Shown one piece after another: positions 1 to 9,333 of a stretch of 64,000 nucleotides of DNA. The notes beneath the pieces were generated by a model. It saw only the letters and a list, made by a program, of their open reading frames with translations. It was not told the origin of the DNA and did no database searches. Position 1 is the stretch's first letter. Each line of letters starts with the position of its first letter. Source of the stretch: an uncultured Bacteroidales bacterium (GTDB lineage Bacteria; Bacteroidota; Bacteroidia; Bacteroidales; FEN-979); the NCBI GenBank assembly GCA_903875045.1, contig CAIQUS010000220.1:784-64783 (forward strand), written 5' to 3'. The position numbers and the translations under genes are program-made.

Positions 1-2
1 AC

Positions 3-1241
3 TTCTGTTTTGAGAAATTTGAACGGGAAATTCATGAAAATTTCGGCATTGGCTTTACAGGTCATCCCTGGCTGAAACCAGTACGGTATCCTCATGACCG
101 GAAAGACCCTTTGCAAACCATTGCAAACTATCCGTTCTATGGCATCCAGAGTGAAGAGTTACACGAAGTAGGCGTTGGGCCCATTCATGCCGGCGTGATT
201 GAACCCGGACATTTCAGGTTTATTTGCAATGGAGAACAGATTTTGCATCTTGAAATTCAATTGGGATACCAGCACAGGGGTATTGAATCCCTGTTCCTCA
301 GCAACAGTAAGCTTTCGGGACGGGTTCAGCTTGCAGAAAGTATCGCAGGCGACAATGTTGCCGGACATGCCATCGCTTTCGCTTCAGTTTGGGAAAGCCT
401 GTGCGGTTACCAGGTTCCACCGGAAGTGGATTTTTCGCGCACTGTTGCACTGGAATTGGAAAGAATAGCCGTTCATACCGGCGACCTGAGCGCTGCCTGT
501 GCTGATGTGGCGCACCAGCTGGGTGGCGCCGTTTTCGGACGGTTACGTACACCGATCGTCAATTTTTTTCAGGAATGGTGCGGAAACCGTTTATCAAAAG
601 GATTGATCAGGCCGGGATGCAATCAATTTCCTTTTACCCCTGATCTGGCTCAGCGCCTCCTGGAAGTATTGAAGGCTTTTGAACCCGAGTTTATCGAGAT
701 AAACGCTGCAATTTTCAGTTTACCAAGTGCACTCTCCCGTTTTGAACGCACCGGTGCAGTATCTTTTGAGAATACTTTGTCCATAGGTTCAGTTGGTATG
801 GCTGCCCGTGCAAGTGGATTAAACAGGGATATCCGTTCATCTCATCCGCATTCGTTGTATCCGTCTTTGCAACATGAACCGATCACCAAGCGGCATGGCG
901 ATGTTTACTCCCGGTTGCAGGTACGCAAAGAGGAGGTGCGGCAGTCCATTAAGTATCTTCGGGAATTAATGACCAGGGTGCCGCATGGTAAACAGGAACC
1001 GGGACTCTCAGGCTTACCCCAACCGGATTCATTCGCCCTTTCACTGGTTGAAGGCTGGCGTGGTGAAATCTGCCATTGTGCTGTAACAGGTGCCGGTGGA
1101 GAACTGCTGAAATATAAAGTGAAGGATCCTTCATTCCATAATTGGATGGCTTTGGCAATGGCTGTGCGGAATAACGAGATCTCTGATTTTCCCGTTGTGA
1201 ATAAGAGTTTTAACTTGTCATATTGCGGGCACGATTTATAG
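3..1241 (+). CDS. Group 4 [NiFe]-hydrogenase large subunit-like / NuoCD-like protein. The 5' end is truncated by the window edge, and the canonical Ni-Fe cysteine ligands are absent.
   Basis: The frame is open from base 3 (FEKFEREIHENFGIGFTGHPWLKPVRYP is a NuoC-like tail). It continues with GPIHAGVIEPGHFRF...LHLEIQLGYQHRGIE, typical of HycE/EchE/NuoD. AESIAGDNVAGH occupies the position of RxCGxCxxxH, and the C-terminus is FNLSYCGHDL instead of DPCxxCxxR. Confidence 0.8.
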   Translation, partial: FCFEKFEREIHENFGIGFTGHPWLKPVRYPHDRKDPLQTIANYPFYGIQSEELHEVGVGPIHAGVIEPGHFRFICNGEQILHLEIQLGYQHRGIESLFLSNSKLSGRVQLAESIAGDNVAGHAIAFASVWESLCGYQVPPEVDFSRTVALELERIAVHTGDLSAACADVAHQLGGAVFGRLRTPIVNFFQEWCGNRLSKGLIRPGCNQFPFTPDLAQRLLEVLKAFEPEFIEINAAIFSLPSALSRFERTGAVSFENTLSIGSVGMAARASGLNRDIRSSHPHSLYPSLQHEPITKRHGDVYSRLQVRKEEVRQSIKYLRELMTRVPHGKQEPGLSGLPQPDSFALSLVEGWRGEICHCAVTGAGGELLKYKVKDPSFHNWMALAMAVRNNEISDFPVVNKSFNLSYCGHDL

Positions 1242-1261
1242 CCTGCTCAAATTAAAGAAGG

Positions 1262-2008
1262 ATGTTTGATCATATAAAAATAATTTACCACCAGGGAAAG
1301 CAATTTATCCCCGATGTGAAAACGGCTAAAGTGCCCGGCATTTTCAGGGGACGGCCTGTGATAAGTTTGGCAAAGGTGAATGAAAGCGAATTGGTAAACA
1401 GTTGTCCCCTGAATGCAATATCTGCCGGTCCGGTAAGGCTCGATTTGGGCAAATGTTCCTTTTGTGGAGAATGTGCCAGACAGTTTCCGGAAAAGATTGA
1501 ATTTACAACCGATTATAAAATTGCCGCTAACAATCGGGAAAGCCTTATCATTTGTGAGGGTGATCAGGGGCCGGTTAAAATTGACCCGGCAAAGGTCAGG
1601 AAGGAAGTCCCCCGCCTGTTCCGGAAATCACTCAAATTACGGCAGGTGTCGGCCGGTGGCGATAACAGTTGCGAATGGGAGTTGAATGCTGCCAACAATG
1701 TTCAGTTTGACATGGGCCGTTTCGGCGTTGAATTTGTTGCCTCCCCGCGCCATGCCGACGGAATTGTCATTACCGGTCCGGTTACTGAAAATATGGCCGG
1801 CCCGCTTCAGATTTGCTATGATGCCATCCCCGATCCGAAAATAGTTGTCCTTGTGGGCACCGATGCCATCAGTGGAGGAGTATTCAGGGATAGTCTGGCG
1901 CTCGACAGGTCTTTTTTGGACCGGTACCAGGTGGATCTGTACGTTCCGGGAAATCCGCCCCATCCCCTTACTTTTATCAATGGGATTCTTGATTTGATCA
2001 ATGCATGA
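1262..2008 (+). CDS. Ferredoxin-like N-terminus fused to a NuoB/HycG-like hydrogenase small subunit with degenerate cluster ligands
   Basis: The N-terminus has SCPLNAI...CSFCGECARQFP, a partial 4Fe-4S motif. The C-terminal part has VASPRHADGIVITGPVT, VGTDAISGG (in place of GxCxxSGG) and VPGNPPHP (in place of PGCPPRP). Confidence 0.75.
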   Translation: MFDHIKIIYHQGKQFIPDVKTAKVPGIFRGRPVISLAKVNESELVNSCPLNAISAGPVRLDLGKCSFCGECARQFPEKIEFTTDYKIAANNRESLIICEGDQGPVKIDPAKVRKEVPRLFRKSLKLRQVSAGGDNSCEWELNAANNVQFDMGRFGVEFVASPRHADGIVITGPVTENMAGPLQICYDAIPDPKIVVLVGTDAISGGVFRDSLALDRSFLDRYQVDLYVPGNPPHPLTFINGILDLINA

Positions 2009-3401
2009 CAATCATTTTTTCGGGGCCCGCTACCACCGTCGTATGCTCTACCCCGGCACATTGAAGTGTATAGCAATAGATTCCCCCGGGCAGGGCTGAT
2101 GCATCGAAACCAATTTCATGACACCCGGGAGGCAGTTTCTCGTTGATGAGGGAGGCAACCTCCTTTCCGAACACATTGTAAACCTTTAATTGAAGAATGT
2201 CAGCTGCATGTCTGGTGGGGAGGATTTGATCTCCACCATCCGTTGGGACGGTAAACCGGAAGGTTGTACCCGACCGGACCGGGTTGGGGCTGTTCTGGTA
2301 AAGTGTGTATCCTGTTCCCGAAGATAAAACAGGCTGAACGGAAGGAATGACCGGTGGCTGATATTTCAGTACGGCACCCTCCCTCCCAACTGCAAATCCA
2401 TGCAGGGAATCGGGGAAAGTCATATCATAAATGGCAGTGGAGTCGGGAGTGGCTGTTGCGGCCCAGGTCGACCCTGCATCCAGGCTGTAGATCATCTTTC
2501 GTTTCGGTCCGAGCGGGGCCCATGCTTCAAGGTTGTTGCGGAAATCGAGATCATAAGCATTACCCTGGATATCAAGTTCTTCATAAGTCCAGTTCTGACC
2601 GCCATCGGCTGTGTGGATCATGCCGACTCCATAGCCAAAATCGGGATCGCCTCCTGCACCCATAACATGCAGTGAATCGAAGAGATGCAGCCCGTGGACC
2701 TCATCGGCCGGGGCATTGGTGGCATCGATGGCATACCACAGATCACCCCCGTTCGAGGTATGCCAGGTCACCCCTGCAATGTCAAACATGCCTCCGCTGG
2801 CATAACCATACTGATCGTTGTAAAATTGGATACTGAGTACCGGAAAAAAAGCGAGGGTACTGGTATCAATGGCAGCCTGAACCCAGGTGTTGCCACCATC
2901 GGTTGTTTTTACCAGTGCATGAGGTTTTCCGCCCAACCAGCCATTCAGCGAATCGCGGAACAGGATGCAGGTGATAAATATATCTTCTGTGGGATAAACC
3001 TGGCTTACCCAATTCATTCCGCCGTCGGTGGTCTTCAGCAGGATGGTGCCAAACGGAACGGTCGTGTAGTTGAACATGGAAGCCCATCCAAGGTTGCGGT
3101 TCAGAAAAAACACATCCTCAACCTCATTGGTCGAATAGGTCTCCTGCCTTATCCAGGAAAGCCCGCCGTTGGTCGTGTGTAAAATGATGCCCGAATCACC
3201 GGCAAGCCAGCCGTAGAGGCTGTCGACAAAGCAAACTGATTTTAAATTCTGGTTTGTGGGTACGTTGATCCTGTGCCACGTCCCCTGAGAGTATGTTGCC
3301 GTGCAAAGCAGCCAAAATACAACCAAAGAAGATATGATAATACCAACTTTAATTTTCGTGGCAAAAAAAGTTTTCCCTTCAATGCCTGAATGAAACCCCA
3401 T
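1998..3401 (-). CDS. Secreted BNR/Ycf48-like repeat protein with a T9SS C-terminal sorting domain
   Basis: N-terminal signal anchor. Six (S/T)xDGGxxW-type repeats (TTNGGLSW, TTDGGMNW, TTDGGNTW, TSNGGDLW, TADGGQNW, SLDAGSTW). The C-terminus, LYQNSPNP...LKVYNVFGKEVASL...GIYCYTL, is typical of a T9SS CTD. Confidence 0.7.
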   Translation of the reverse strand: MGFHSGIEGKTFFATKIKVGIIISSLVVFWLLCTATYSQGTWHRINVPTNQNLKSVCFVDSLYGWLAGDSGIILHTTNGGLSWIRQETYSTNEVEDVFFLNRNLGWASMFNYTTVPFGTILLKTTDGGMNWVSQVYPTEDIFITCILFRDSLNGWLGGKPHALVKTTDGGNTWVQAAIDTSTLAFFPVLSIQFYNDQYGYASGGMFDIAGVTWHTSNGGDLWYAIDATNAPADEVHGLHLFDSLHVMGAGGDPDFGYGVGMIHTADGGQNWTYEELDIQGNAYDLDFRNNLEAWAPLGPKRKMIYSLDAGSTWAATATPDSTAIYDMTFPDSLHGFAVGREGAVLKYQPPVIPSVQPVLSSGTGYTLYQNSPNPVRSGTTFRFTVPTDGGDQILPTRHAADILQLKVYNVFGKEVASLINEKLPPGCHEIGFDASALPGGIYCYTLQCAGVEHTTVVAGPEKMIVMH

Positions 3402-3403
3402 GA

Positions 3404-3841
3404 TTAATTTTCTGAGAACTCAAAATAAACCTTGAGTTTGTCTGATGTTTTTTCTTTAATCGTCAAAACATACTTTGCTTTGGAAGGAACTTTAATGTTT
3501 TTGAGTTCACTGAAAACATCCTCCAGGGGAACGATAATCTCCATTTTATCTGCACTCAGGTTTCTTGAACTGGAGGTGTAAATCGCATCTTTCTTACCTT
3601 TCAGGGTAACTTCAGCCACCAGGCCACCTTTCAGAGGCTTTTTCTTTCCGGCGTTAAATGATATGGTATCGGTTCCAGGGGTAAAACAGAAGGTCATTTC
3701 ATTGGTGATCATTTTGACTTTCACAGGCGAATGACCCTGGTTTATAACCATTTGCCAATCATTTGCCCCCTGACCAGACGCAACAATGGTAATGGTTGCA
3801 AAAAGAAGAATAAAAAACAAATTCAATTTTACTGCTTTCAT
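3404..3841 (-). CDS. Hypothetical small secreted protein
   Basis: I chose the internal start MKAVKLNLFFILLFATITIVASG, which is a signal peptide. I recognise no family. Confidence 0.45.
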   Translation of the reverse strand: MKAVKLNLFFILLFATITIVASGQGANDWQMVINQGHSPVKVKMITNEMTFCFTPGTDTISFNAGKKKPLKGGLVAEVTLKGKKDAIYTSSSRNLSADKMEIIVPLEDVFSELKNIKVPSKAKYVLTIKEKTSDKLKVYFEFSEN

Positions 3842-3951
3842 ATAAATTTGGTTTAAAAGGTTGCAAAAAGTGGCACATTGATGCACCGTCATCTCAGGGC
3901 AAATATACAATGAATCTGATAAAAAAAAACATCGGATGCGACCTAAAATTT

Positions 3952-3959
3952 TATATTTG
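3952..3959 (+). promoter_or_regulatory. Bacteroidota -7 box TATATTTG
   Basis: Exact TAnnTTTG match 31 nt upstream of the ATG at 3990. It lies downstream of the alternative ATG at 3936. Confidence 0.4.
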
Positions 3960-3989
3960 CACTACATCAACACAATTATTCCATATCCG

Positions 3990-6032
3990 ATGAACTCTCC
4001 CAAAACTGTGTTAAAAAACATCATCACCGGGTTGTTCTCGCTTTTGATCTTTTTCAATAGTCAGGCCCAGGTAAAACCATATACATTTCCAAAGATTAAG
4101 CCTGAGGATTTCAGTGCCCGTATTTATGAAAAGGATACGACTGCCGTGGCGGTCATTCTTGGCGATAAAGGGGAGAGTTACCTCGAATACAATGAATCCA
4201 AAGGGTTTCAGCTTATCTTTATCCGGCACCTCCGTATCCGTATCCTGACCAAAGAAGGGTACAATTTTGCCACGAGGTCGTTAAAGCTCTACCGCAACAC
4301 CGGTTCTGCCGAATCGGTCTCAGATATTAAGGGGTTCACCTATAATCTGGTCAACGGCAAAGTAACCGAGGACAAACTGGGAAGCGGAAATATCTTTGAA
4401 GAACAGATCAACCAGAACTGGGTGCGTACCATTTTTACCATGCCCAATGTTAAAGCCGGGTCAATCATCGATTTGCGTTATAAGATCATTTCCGATTTTA
4501 TCTGGAACCTCCGGGAATGGGAATTTCAGCATACCATCCCTGTTCAGTGGAGTGAATATACCGTGACCATTCCTGAATATTATGTGTTCTCAAAATTCAT
4601 GCACGGATCTGTCCCCTTTGCTGTATGTGAGACGACGACCATTCCTGGTTCAATCAACCTGATCAGCAAGGAACGGAACATGACCAATTATAAGGTTCAG
4701 ACCAGCTTTGAGCAGACAAAAATAAGCTTCAGCCAGAGCGTGTACCATTTCGCAGTGCGTGATGTTCCTGCCATGGTTGAGGAACCTTACGCCCCTGATA
4801 TGACAAACTATATTTCGAAAGTTGAATTTGAATTGCAACGTTCGGAGTTCCCGGGGGAGCAGGTAAGGAATTACACCACAACCTGGCAGGATATCTGTGA
4901 CGCTCTCCTGCTCGACCAGGATTTCGGGGTGCAGCTGCAAAAAGGCAGAATTGTGAAGGATGCCGTGGCAGCAATCAACAAGGTTGCTGTCACTCCCAGG
5001 GAAAAAATGACCGCAGCGCACGCATTCATCAGGTCGAAGATGATCTGGGATGGTAAAAACGGCCTCTATCCGACAACCACCCTTCGTGAAGCGTACGAAA
5101 AAAACACCGGCAATGATGCTGATATCAATCTCCTGCTTATCGTGCTGCTGAATGAACTCGGGCTGGATGCTTCACCGGTGGCCCTCAGCACACGCGACAA
5201 CGGAATTTTGATTGATTCGCATCCGGTCCTTACGCAACTGAATTATGTGCTGGCAGCCGTTACCATCGATGGAAAAACCTGGTTGCTTGATGCTACCGGC
5301 AAACACAGGCCGTACAACTTCCTCCCGTCACGGTGCCTCAACGGCAGCGGACTGGTGGTGTCGAAAAGCAACATGCGCTGGCTGCTGCTGCTTGGCGATG
5401 AAAAGGAGAATACCTTGTATCATGCCGAAATGAAGGTATCAGAAGAAGGCGTTTTAACAGGAATACTCAATGTTTCACAGTCGGGATATGCCGCAGAAAA
5501 GGTGCGCAATGACTATCACCGCGATGGGGCTGAGAAATATTTCAACTCATTGAAAGCGCATCACAAGGATTGGAAGACAGGGGAGATCACGGTGGATAAT
5601 ATTGACAGTGTGAATTCATCTTTGAGCCTTCATTACCCCATCACTTCAGAGGATATCGCCGGTCAAAACGGAAACATGATCTATTTCAATGTTTTGCTTG
5701 GATTTGGGCAGAACAGCAATCCGTTCAAAGCGGAAAAACGTGAAAACGTCATTGATTTTGTTTATCCGGTGAAGGATATTTATTTTTTCTCCTTTGAGAT
5801 CCCGGAAGGGTTCATTGTTGAATCGATTCCCGAACCGGTAAAGATGCTGTTACCTGAACAGGCAGGTTCATTCAAATTCAGTGTGTCAGTTACCGGTAAT
5901 AAAATAAGTGTGAACAGTGTCCTGAGCATCACAAGAACAATGTTTACCGCCGCAGAATATGCCGATCTCCGCGAGTTTTTCACGAGGGTTGTGGCCAAAC
6001 ATGCGCAGCAAATCGTTCTGAAGAAAGTATGA
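3990..6032 (+). CDS. DUF3857/DUF3858-type transglutaminase-like protein (non-catalytic variant)
   Basis: Signal peptide. The length and the motif NTGNDADINLLLIVLLNELGLDASPVALSTRDNG resemble Bacteroidota DUF3857/DUF3858 proteins. The stop overlaps the next start (ATGA). Confidence 0.6.
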   Translation: MNSPKTVLKNIITGLFSLLIFFNSQAQVKPYTFPKIKPEDFSARIYEKDTTAVAVILGDKGESYLEYNESKGFQLIFIRHLRIRILTKEGYNFATRSLKLYRNTGSAESVSDIKGFTYNLVNGKVTEDKLGSGNIFEEQINQNWVRTIFTMPNVKAGSIIDLRYKIISDFIWNLREWEFQHTIPVQWSEYTVTIPEYYVFSKFMHGSVPFAVCETTTIPGSINLISKERNMTNYKVQTSFEQTKISFSQSVYHFAVRDVPAMVEEPYAPDMTNYISKVEFELQRSEFPGEQVRNYTTTWQDICDALLLDQDFGVQLQKGRIVKDAVAAINKVAVTPREKMTAAHAFIRSKMIWDGKNGLYPTTTLREAYEKNTGNDADINLLLIVLLNELGLDASPVALSTRDNGILIDSHPVLTQLNYVLAAVTIDGKTWLLDATGKHRPYNFLPSRCLNGSGLVVSKSNMRWLLLLGDEKENTLYHAEMKVSEEGVLTGILNVSQSGYAAEKVRNDYHRDGAEKYFNSLKAHHKDWKTGEITVDNIDSVNSSLSLHYPITSEDIAGQNGNMIYFNVLLGFGQNSNPFKAEKRENVIDFVYPVKDIYFFSFEIPEGFIVESIPEPVKMLLPEQAGSFKFSVSVTGNKISVNSVLSITRTMFTAAEYADLREFFTRVVAKHAQQIVLKKV

Positions 6033-8062
6033 AAGCTTTTATCTGTTCCCTCGGATTACCTTCATCCAGGAAATACCTGTTCCTCTTTCTGCTCCTTTTC
6101 CCGGGTTTTATTGTGGCCAGAACCGGTGAGTTGAAGTACCCGGTATCTGAAATATCCCCGGAATTGATGAAGAATGCCGATATGGTGGTAAGGCTCGACC
6201 AAACCTCGTTAGACATCACATCTCTCACTGTGATGACCGAAACGGTTCACGTTGTGTATACAGTTTTGAGGGAGAGCGCCCGGGAAAAAGCAGTGTTGCG
6301 GGTTTTTTACGACAACGACACCAAGGTCATGAACCTCGGAGGAAGAATGTATGATGCATCGGGCAGGGAAATAATGCGGTTCCGGTCGTCCGAAATCATG
6401 GATTTGAGTGCCGTTCCCTCGGGGACCATCTATTCCGACGACCGGGTAAAAATCATTCAACCGGTTTCATCGGACTACCCTTTTACCGTTGAATATGAAT
6501 TTGAACGTTCCTACCGGCAACTGATGCAATACCCGCAATGGTGTGTGCCGGAAGATTTCAACACTTCCGTTGAATCGGCCAGTTTAACCGTTCGGGCTGC
6601 AGGAGGGGCTGTTCCCAGATATCTTACGGTAAATTATCCTTCACCCGAATCATGGCCTGAAAGAACCAGCGAGGGCTCCCTGTTGTGGCAACTGCGCAAT
6701 GTACCGGCTGTTGTGGAAGAACCCATGTGCGGAGGGATCAGGCAGGTGGCCCCATCTGTGTATATTTCACCCTTGAAGGTTACAATTCCCGGGCAGGATC
6801 CTGAACCTGCCAGTTGGAAATCTTATGGATCTTGGATCAACTGGCTTAACCGCTACCGTGGGATTTTGCCGCCACAAGTCATTGAAAAGATCCGGCAACT
6901 CACTTCCGGTACCTCAGATTCCCTTTCCAAACTGAAAATAATCTACCGGTACTTTCAGGAGAATACCAGGTACATCAGTGTTCAGATCGGAATCGGAGGC
7001 TATCAGCCGGAGAATGCTCTGTCGGTTGCCAAAAACGGTTACGGCGATTGTAAGGCGCTGGCTAATTATATGAAGGCGTTGCTGGAATGTGCAGGGTTCC
7101 GTTCGCTTTATACACTTGTGAGGGCCGGAAAACATGAAAGACCCGTTATAACTGACTTTCCCGGGTTACAGTTCAACCACGCGATATTGTGTGTGCCGAT
7201 GGCAAAAGATACCGTATGGCTTGAATGTACCAGCCAATCGATCCCGTTCGGATTCCTCGGAAGTTTTACCGACAACCGTGAAGTGCTCCTGGTCACCCCC
7301 GGAGGAGGTGTGCTGGCCCGAACCCCTGCTTACCCGCAAACATTGAACCGGTTGAGCCGGAGTGCTGTTATTGACCTCGATAGTTCCGGAAATGCACGTA
7401 TTACCAGCAGAACAAAAGTAACCGGGTTGCAGTATGAACTGTTTGAAGAGAGGCTTCACCAAACAGCGGAAGAGCAGAAAAAGAGCATGAGGGAAGAGAT
7501 CGCGATCCCCACTGTAAACATCGTACAACTCACTTATACAAAAGATGAGGGAACCGTACCGGGAATTACCGAGATACTGGAGATAAATATCCCTGCCTTT
7601 GCCACCCTGACAGGTAACAGGATTTTCATCCCGATCAACCCTTTCAACCGGATATCGATGCTGCCGCCCCTGGAGAATGAAAGAAAACTGCCCTTTTACC
7701 CTGGTATCGGGTATACCGATATTGACAGCATCGTTGTCAGGCTGCCGGTATTCTTCACCGTTGAAAATATCCCGGAGGCGGTAAATGTCAGCACGTTATT
7801 TGGAAACTATCATTCGAAAGCAGCCATTCGCAACAATGAACTTCTTTACGTGCGCAACGTTAACCGTGAAGATATTGAGTTCCCGCCGGCAGACTACCCG
7901 GCTTATCATGCTTTTATCAGGCAAATCTCCAAGGCCGATAAAACAAAGGTTGTTTTAAAGAAGTATCTACGACTTTACTTGCATTTCAGATACAATCCGA
8001 TAGGTGTGTTCTGCAATGACCAGCTCTTCATTGGTAGGGATGGTCATCACTTTTACCCTTGA
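6029..8062 (+). CDS. DUF3857 plus transglutaminase-like core domain protein with an apparent C-terminal read-through extension
   Basis: GYGDCKALANYMKALLECAGF is a transglutaminase-like Cys core. It is a paralog of the upstream gene, which ends ...IVLKKV. This one continues 32 residues past ...VVLKK, into the antisense of ackA. Confidence 0.65.
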   Translation: MKAFICSLGLPSSRKYLFLFLLLFPGFIVARTGELKYPVSEISPELMKNADMVVRLDQTSLDITSLTVMTETVHVVYTVLRESAREKAVLRVFYDNDTKVMNLGGRMYDASGREIMRFRSSEIMDLSAVPSGTIYSDDRVKIIQPVSSDYPFTVEYEFERSYRQLMQYPQWCVPEDFNTSVESASLTVRAAGGAVPRYLTVNYPSPESWPERTSEGSLLWQLRNVPAVVEEPMCGGIRQVAPSVYISPLKVTIPGQDPEPASWKSYGSWINWLNRYRGILPPQVIEKIRQLTSGTSDSLSKLKIIYRYFQENTRYISVQIGIGGYQPENALSVAKNGYGDCKALANYMKALLECAGFRSLYTLVRAGKHERPVITDFPGLQFNHAILCVPMAKDTVWLECTSQSIPFGFLGSFTDNREVLLVTPGGGVLARTPAYPQTLNRLSRSAVIDLDSSGNARITSRTKVTGLQYELFEERLHQTAEEQKKSMREEIAIPTVNIVQLTYTKDEGTVPGITEILEINIPAFATLTGNRIFIPINPFNRISMLPPLENERKLPFYPGIGYTDIDSIVVRLPVFFTVENIPEAVNVSTLFGNYHSKAAIRNNELLYVRNVNREDIEFPPADYPAYHAFIRQISKADKTKVVLKKYLRLYLHFRYNPIGVFCNDQLFIGRDGHHFYP

Positions 8063-9181
8063 AGCGGGTTTGCTGAGCAGCATTTCTTTACTCCGTACAC
8101 CGGCATTCTTTTCGGGATCGAATTCAAGCCCCATATATTCTAAATCAGCACAGCACAATTCACGTGTGGCCGGGTCGTTTTCGCCAATTCCACCGGTGAA
8201 AATGAGCAGGTCGAGCCCGCCAAGTGCAGCGGAATAGGCACCGATGTATTTTTTAATCCGGTATCGGAACATATCCAGTCCAAGAATGGCCCGTTTATTC
8301 CCTGCTTCGGCCTCTTTTTCAATCTCCCGCATGTCGGATGAAACACCTGTAATCCCAAGCATTCCGCTGTGTTTGTTCACAAGGGTGTTGGCGACAGCGA
8401 TGTTCAACTCCTCTTTCTCCATCACGAAGGTGAGCACACCAAGATCCATATCCCCTGAGCGGGTACCCATGATGAGCCCTTCAACCGGGGTCAATCCCAT
8501 GGAAGTATCGATCGATTTGCCATTTTTGATGGCTGCCATGGAGGTGCCGTTTCCGAGGTGACAGGTAATGATTTTCATCGATTCCATGGTTACACCCAGA
8601 ATTTCACAAGCCCGTCGGGCCACATAGTAATGGCTGGTACCATGAAAGCCATAACGGCGGATACCATATTTTTTATAGAGTGAGTAGGGGATGGCGTACA
8701 TATAAGCACGGGGCGGCATCGTCTGGTGAAATGCAGTGTCGAAAACAGCTACCTGAGGTACTGCCGGCAGCAAGTACCGCATGGCCATCACTCCCTTCAG
8801 GTTGGCCGGATTGTGAAGCGGTGCCAGCGGAATACATGCCTTGAAATCTTTGATGGTTTCATCGTTTATCAGACTGCTTTCCTGGAAACGTTCTCCGCCA
8901 TGCACCATTCTGTGCCCGATGGCATTGATCTCAGATAAGGTACTGATGCAACCGTGCTGGCTGCTGATCAAAACCCCGAGTACGTATTCGATACCGGTTT
9001 GGTGGTCAATTACTTCCCCTTCAAGTTTAACCAAATCACCGTTCTCTTTCTCATGCTTTAAAAACGATCCCTTCAGACCCACTTTTTCAACAATCCCTTT
9101 GGCATAAAGCCGGTTCTTTTCAATGTTGAACAGCTGGTACTTGATGGAAGAACTTCCACAATTCAAAACTAAAATATTCAT
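7967..9181 (-). CDS. ackA: Acetate kinase
   Basis: MNILVLNCGSSSIKYQLF..., HRMVHGG, GFHGTSH, TCHLGNG and FTGGIGEN are hallmark acetate kinase motifs. The start was moved to the MNILVLN methionine. Confidence 0.95.
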   Translation of the reverse strand: MNILVLNCGSSSIKYQLFNIEKNRLYAKGIVEKVGLKGSFLKHEKENGDLVKLEGEVIDHQTGIEYVLGVLISSQHGCISTLSEINAIGHRMVHGGERFQESSLINDETIKDFKACIPLAPLHNPANLKGVMAMRYLLPAVPQVAVFDTAFHQTMPPRAYMYAIPYSLYKKYGIRRYGFHGTSHYYVARRACEILGVTMESMKIITCHLGNGTSMAAIKNGKSIDTSMGLTPVEGLIMGTRSGDMDLGVLTFVMEKEELNIAVANTLVNKHSGMLGITGVSSDMREIEKEAEAGNKRAILGLDMFRYRIKKYIGAYSAALGGLDLLIFTGGIGENDPATRELCCADLEYMGLEFDPEKNAGVRSKEMLLSKPASRVKVMTIPTNEELVIAEHTYRIVSEMQVKS

Positions 9182-9208
9182 GATGATCAGTTTTAATTTA
9201 GCTTTTAT

Positions 9209-9315
9209 AACCACTGAGGCACTAAGGACACTTAGAACCACTAAGGTTATTAATCACAGCAATATTTTTTAATACCCCCTGAGTGTATCTGAGTGATCTC
9301 AGTGCCTTAGTGGTT
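9209..9315. repeat. Imperfect inverted repeat made of 4+4 CACTNAG heptamers with mirror-symmetric spacing
   Basis: Left heptamers: CACTGAG 9212, CACTAAG 9220, CACTTAG 9229, CACTAAG 9239. Right heptamers: CTGAGTG 9279, CTGAGTG 9289, CTCAGTG 9298, CTTAGTG 9306. Spacings are 8/9/10 on the left and 10/9/8 on the right. Confidence 0.7.
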
Positions 9316-9333
9316 TTTCTTTTTATAAAATCA

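Noticed and set aside
3936-3989. The upstream ATG at 3936 as the start of the DUF3857-like gene
   Set aside because: An exact TAnnTTTG -7 box (3952-3959) lies downstream of it. The signal-peptide-like N-terminus begins at the 3990 methionine.
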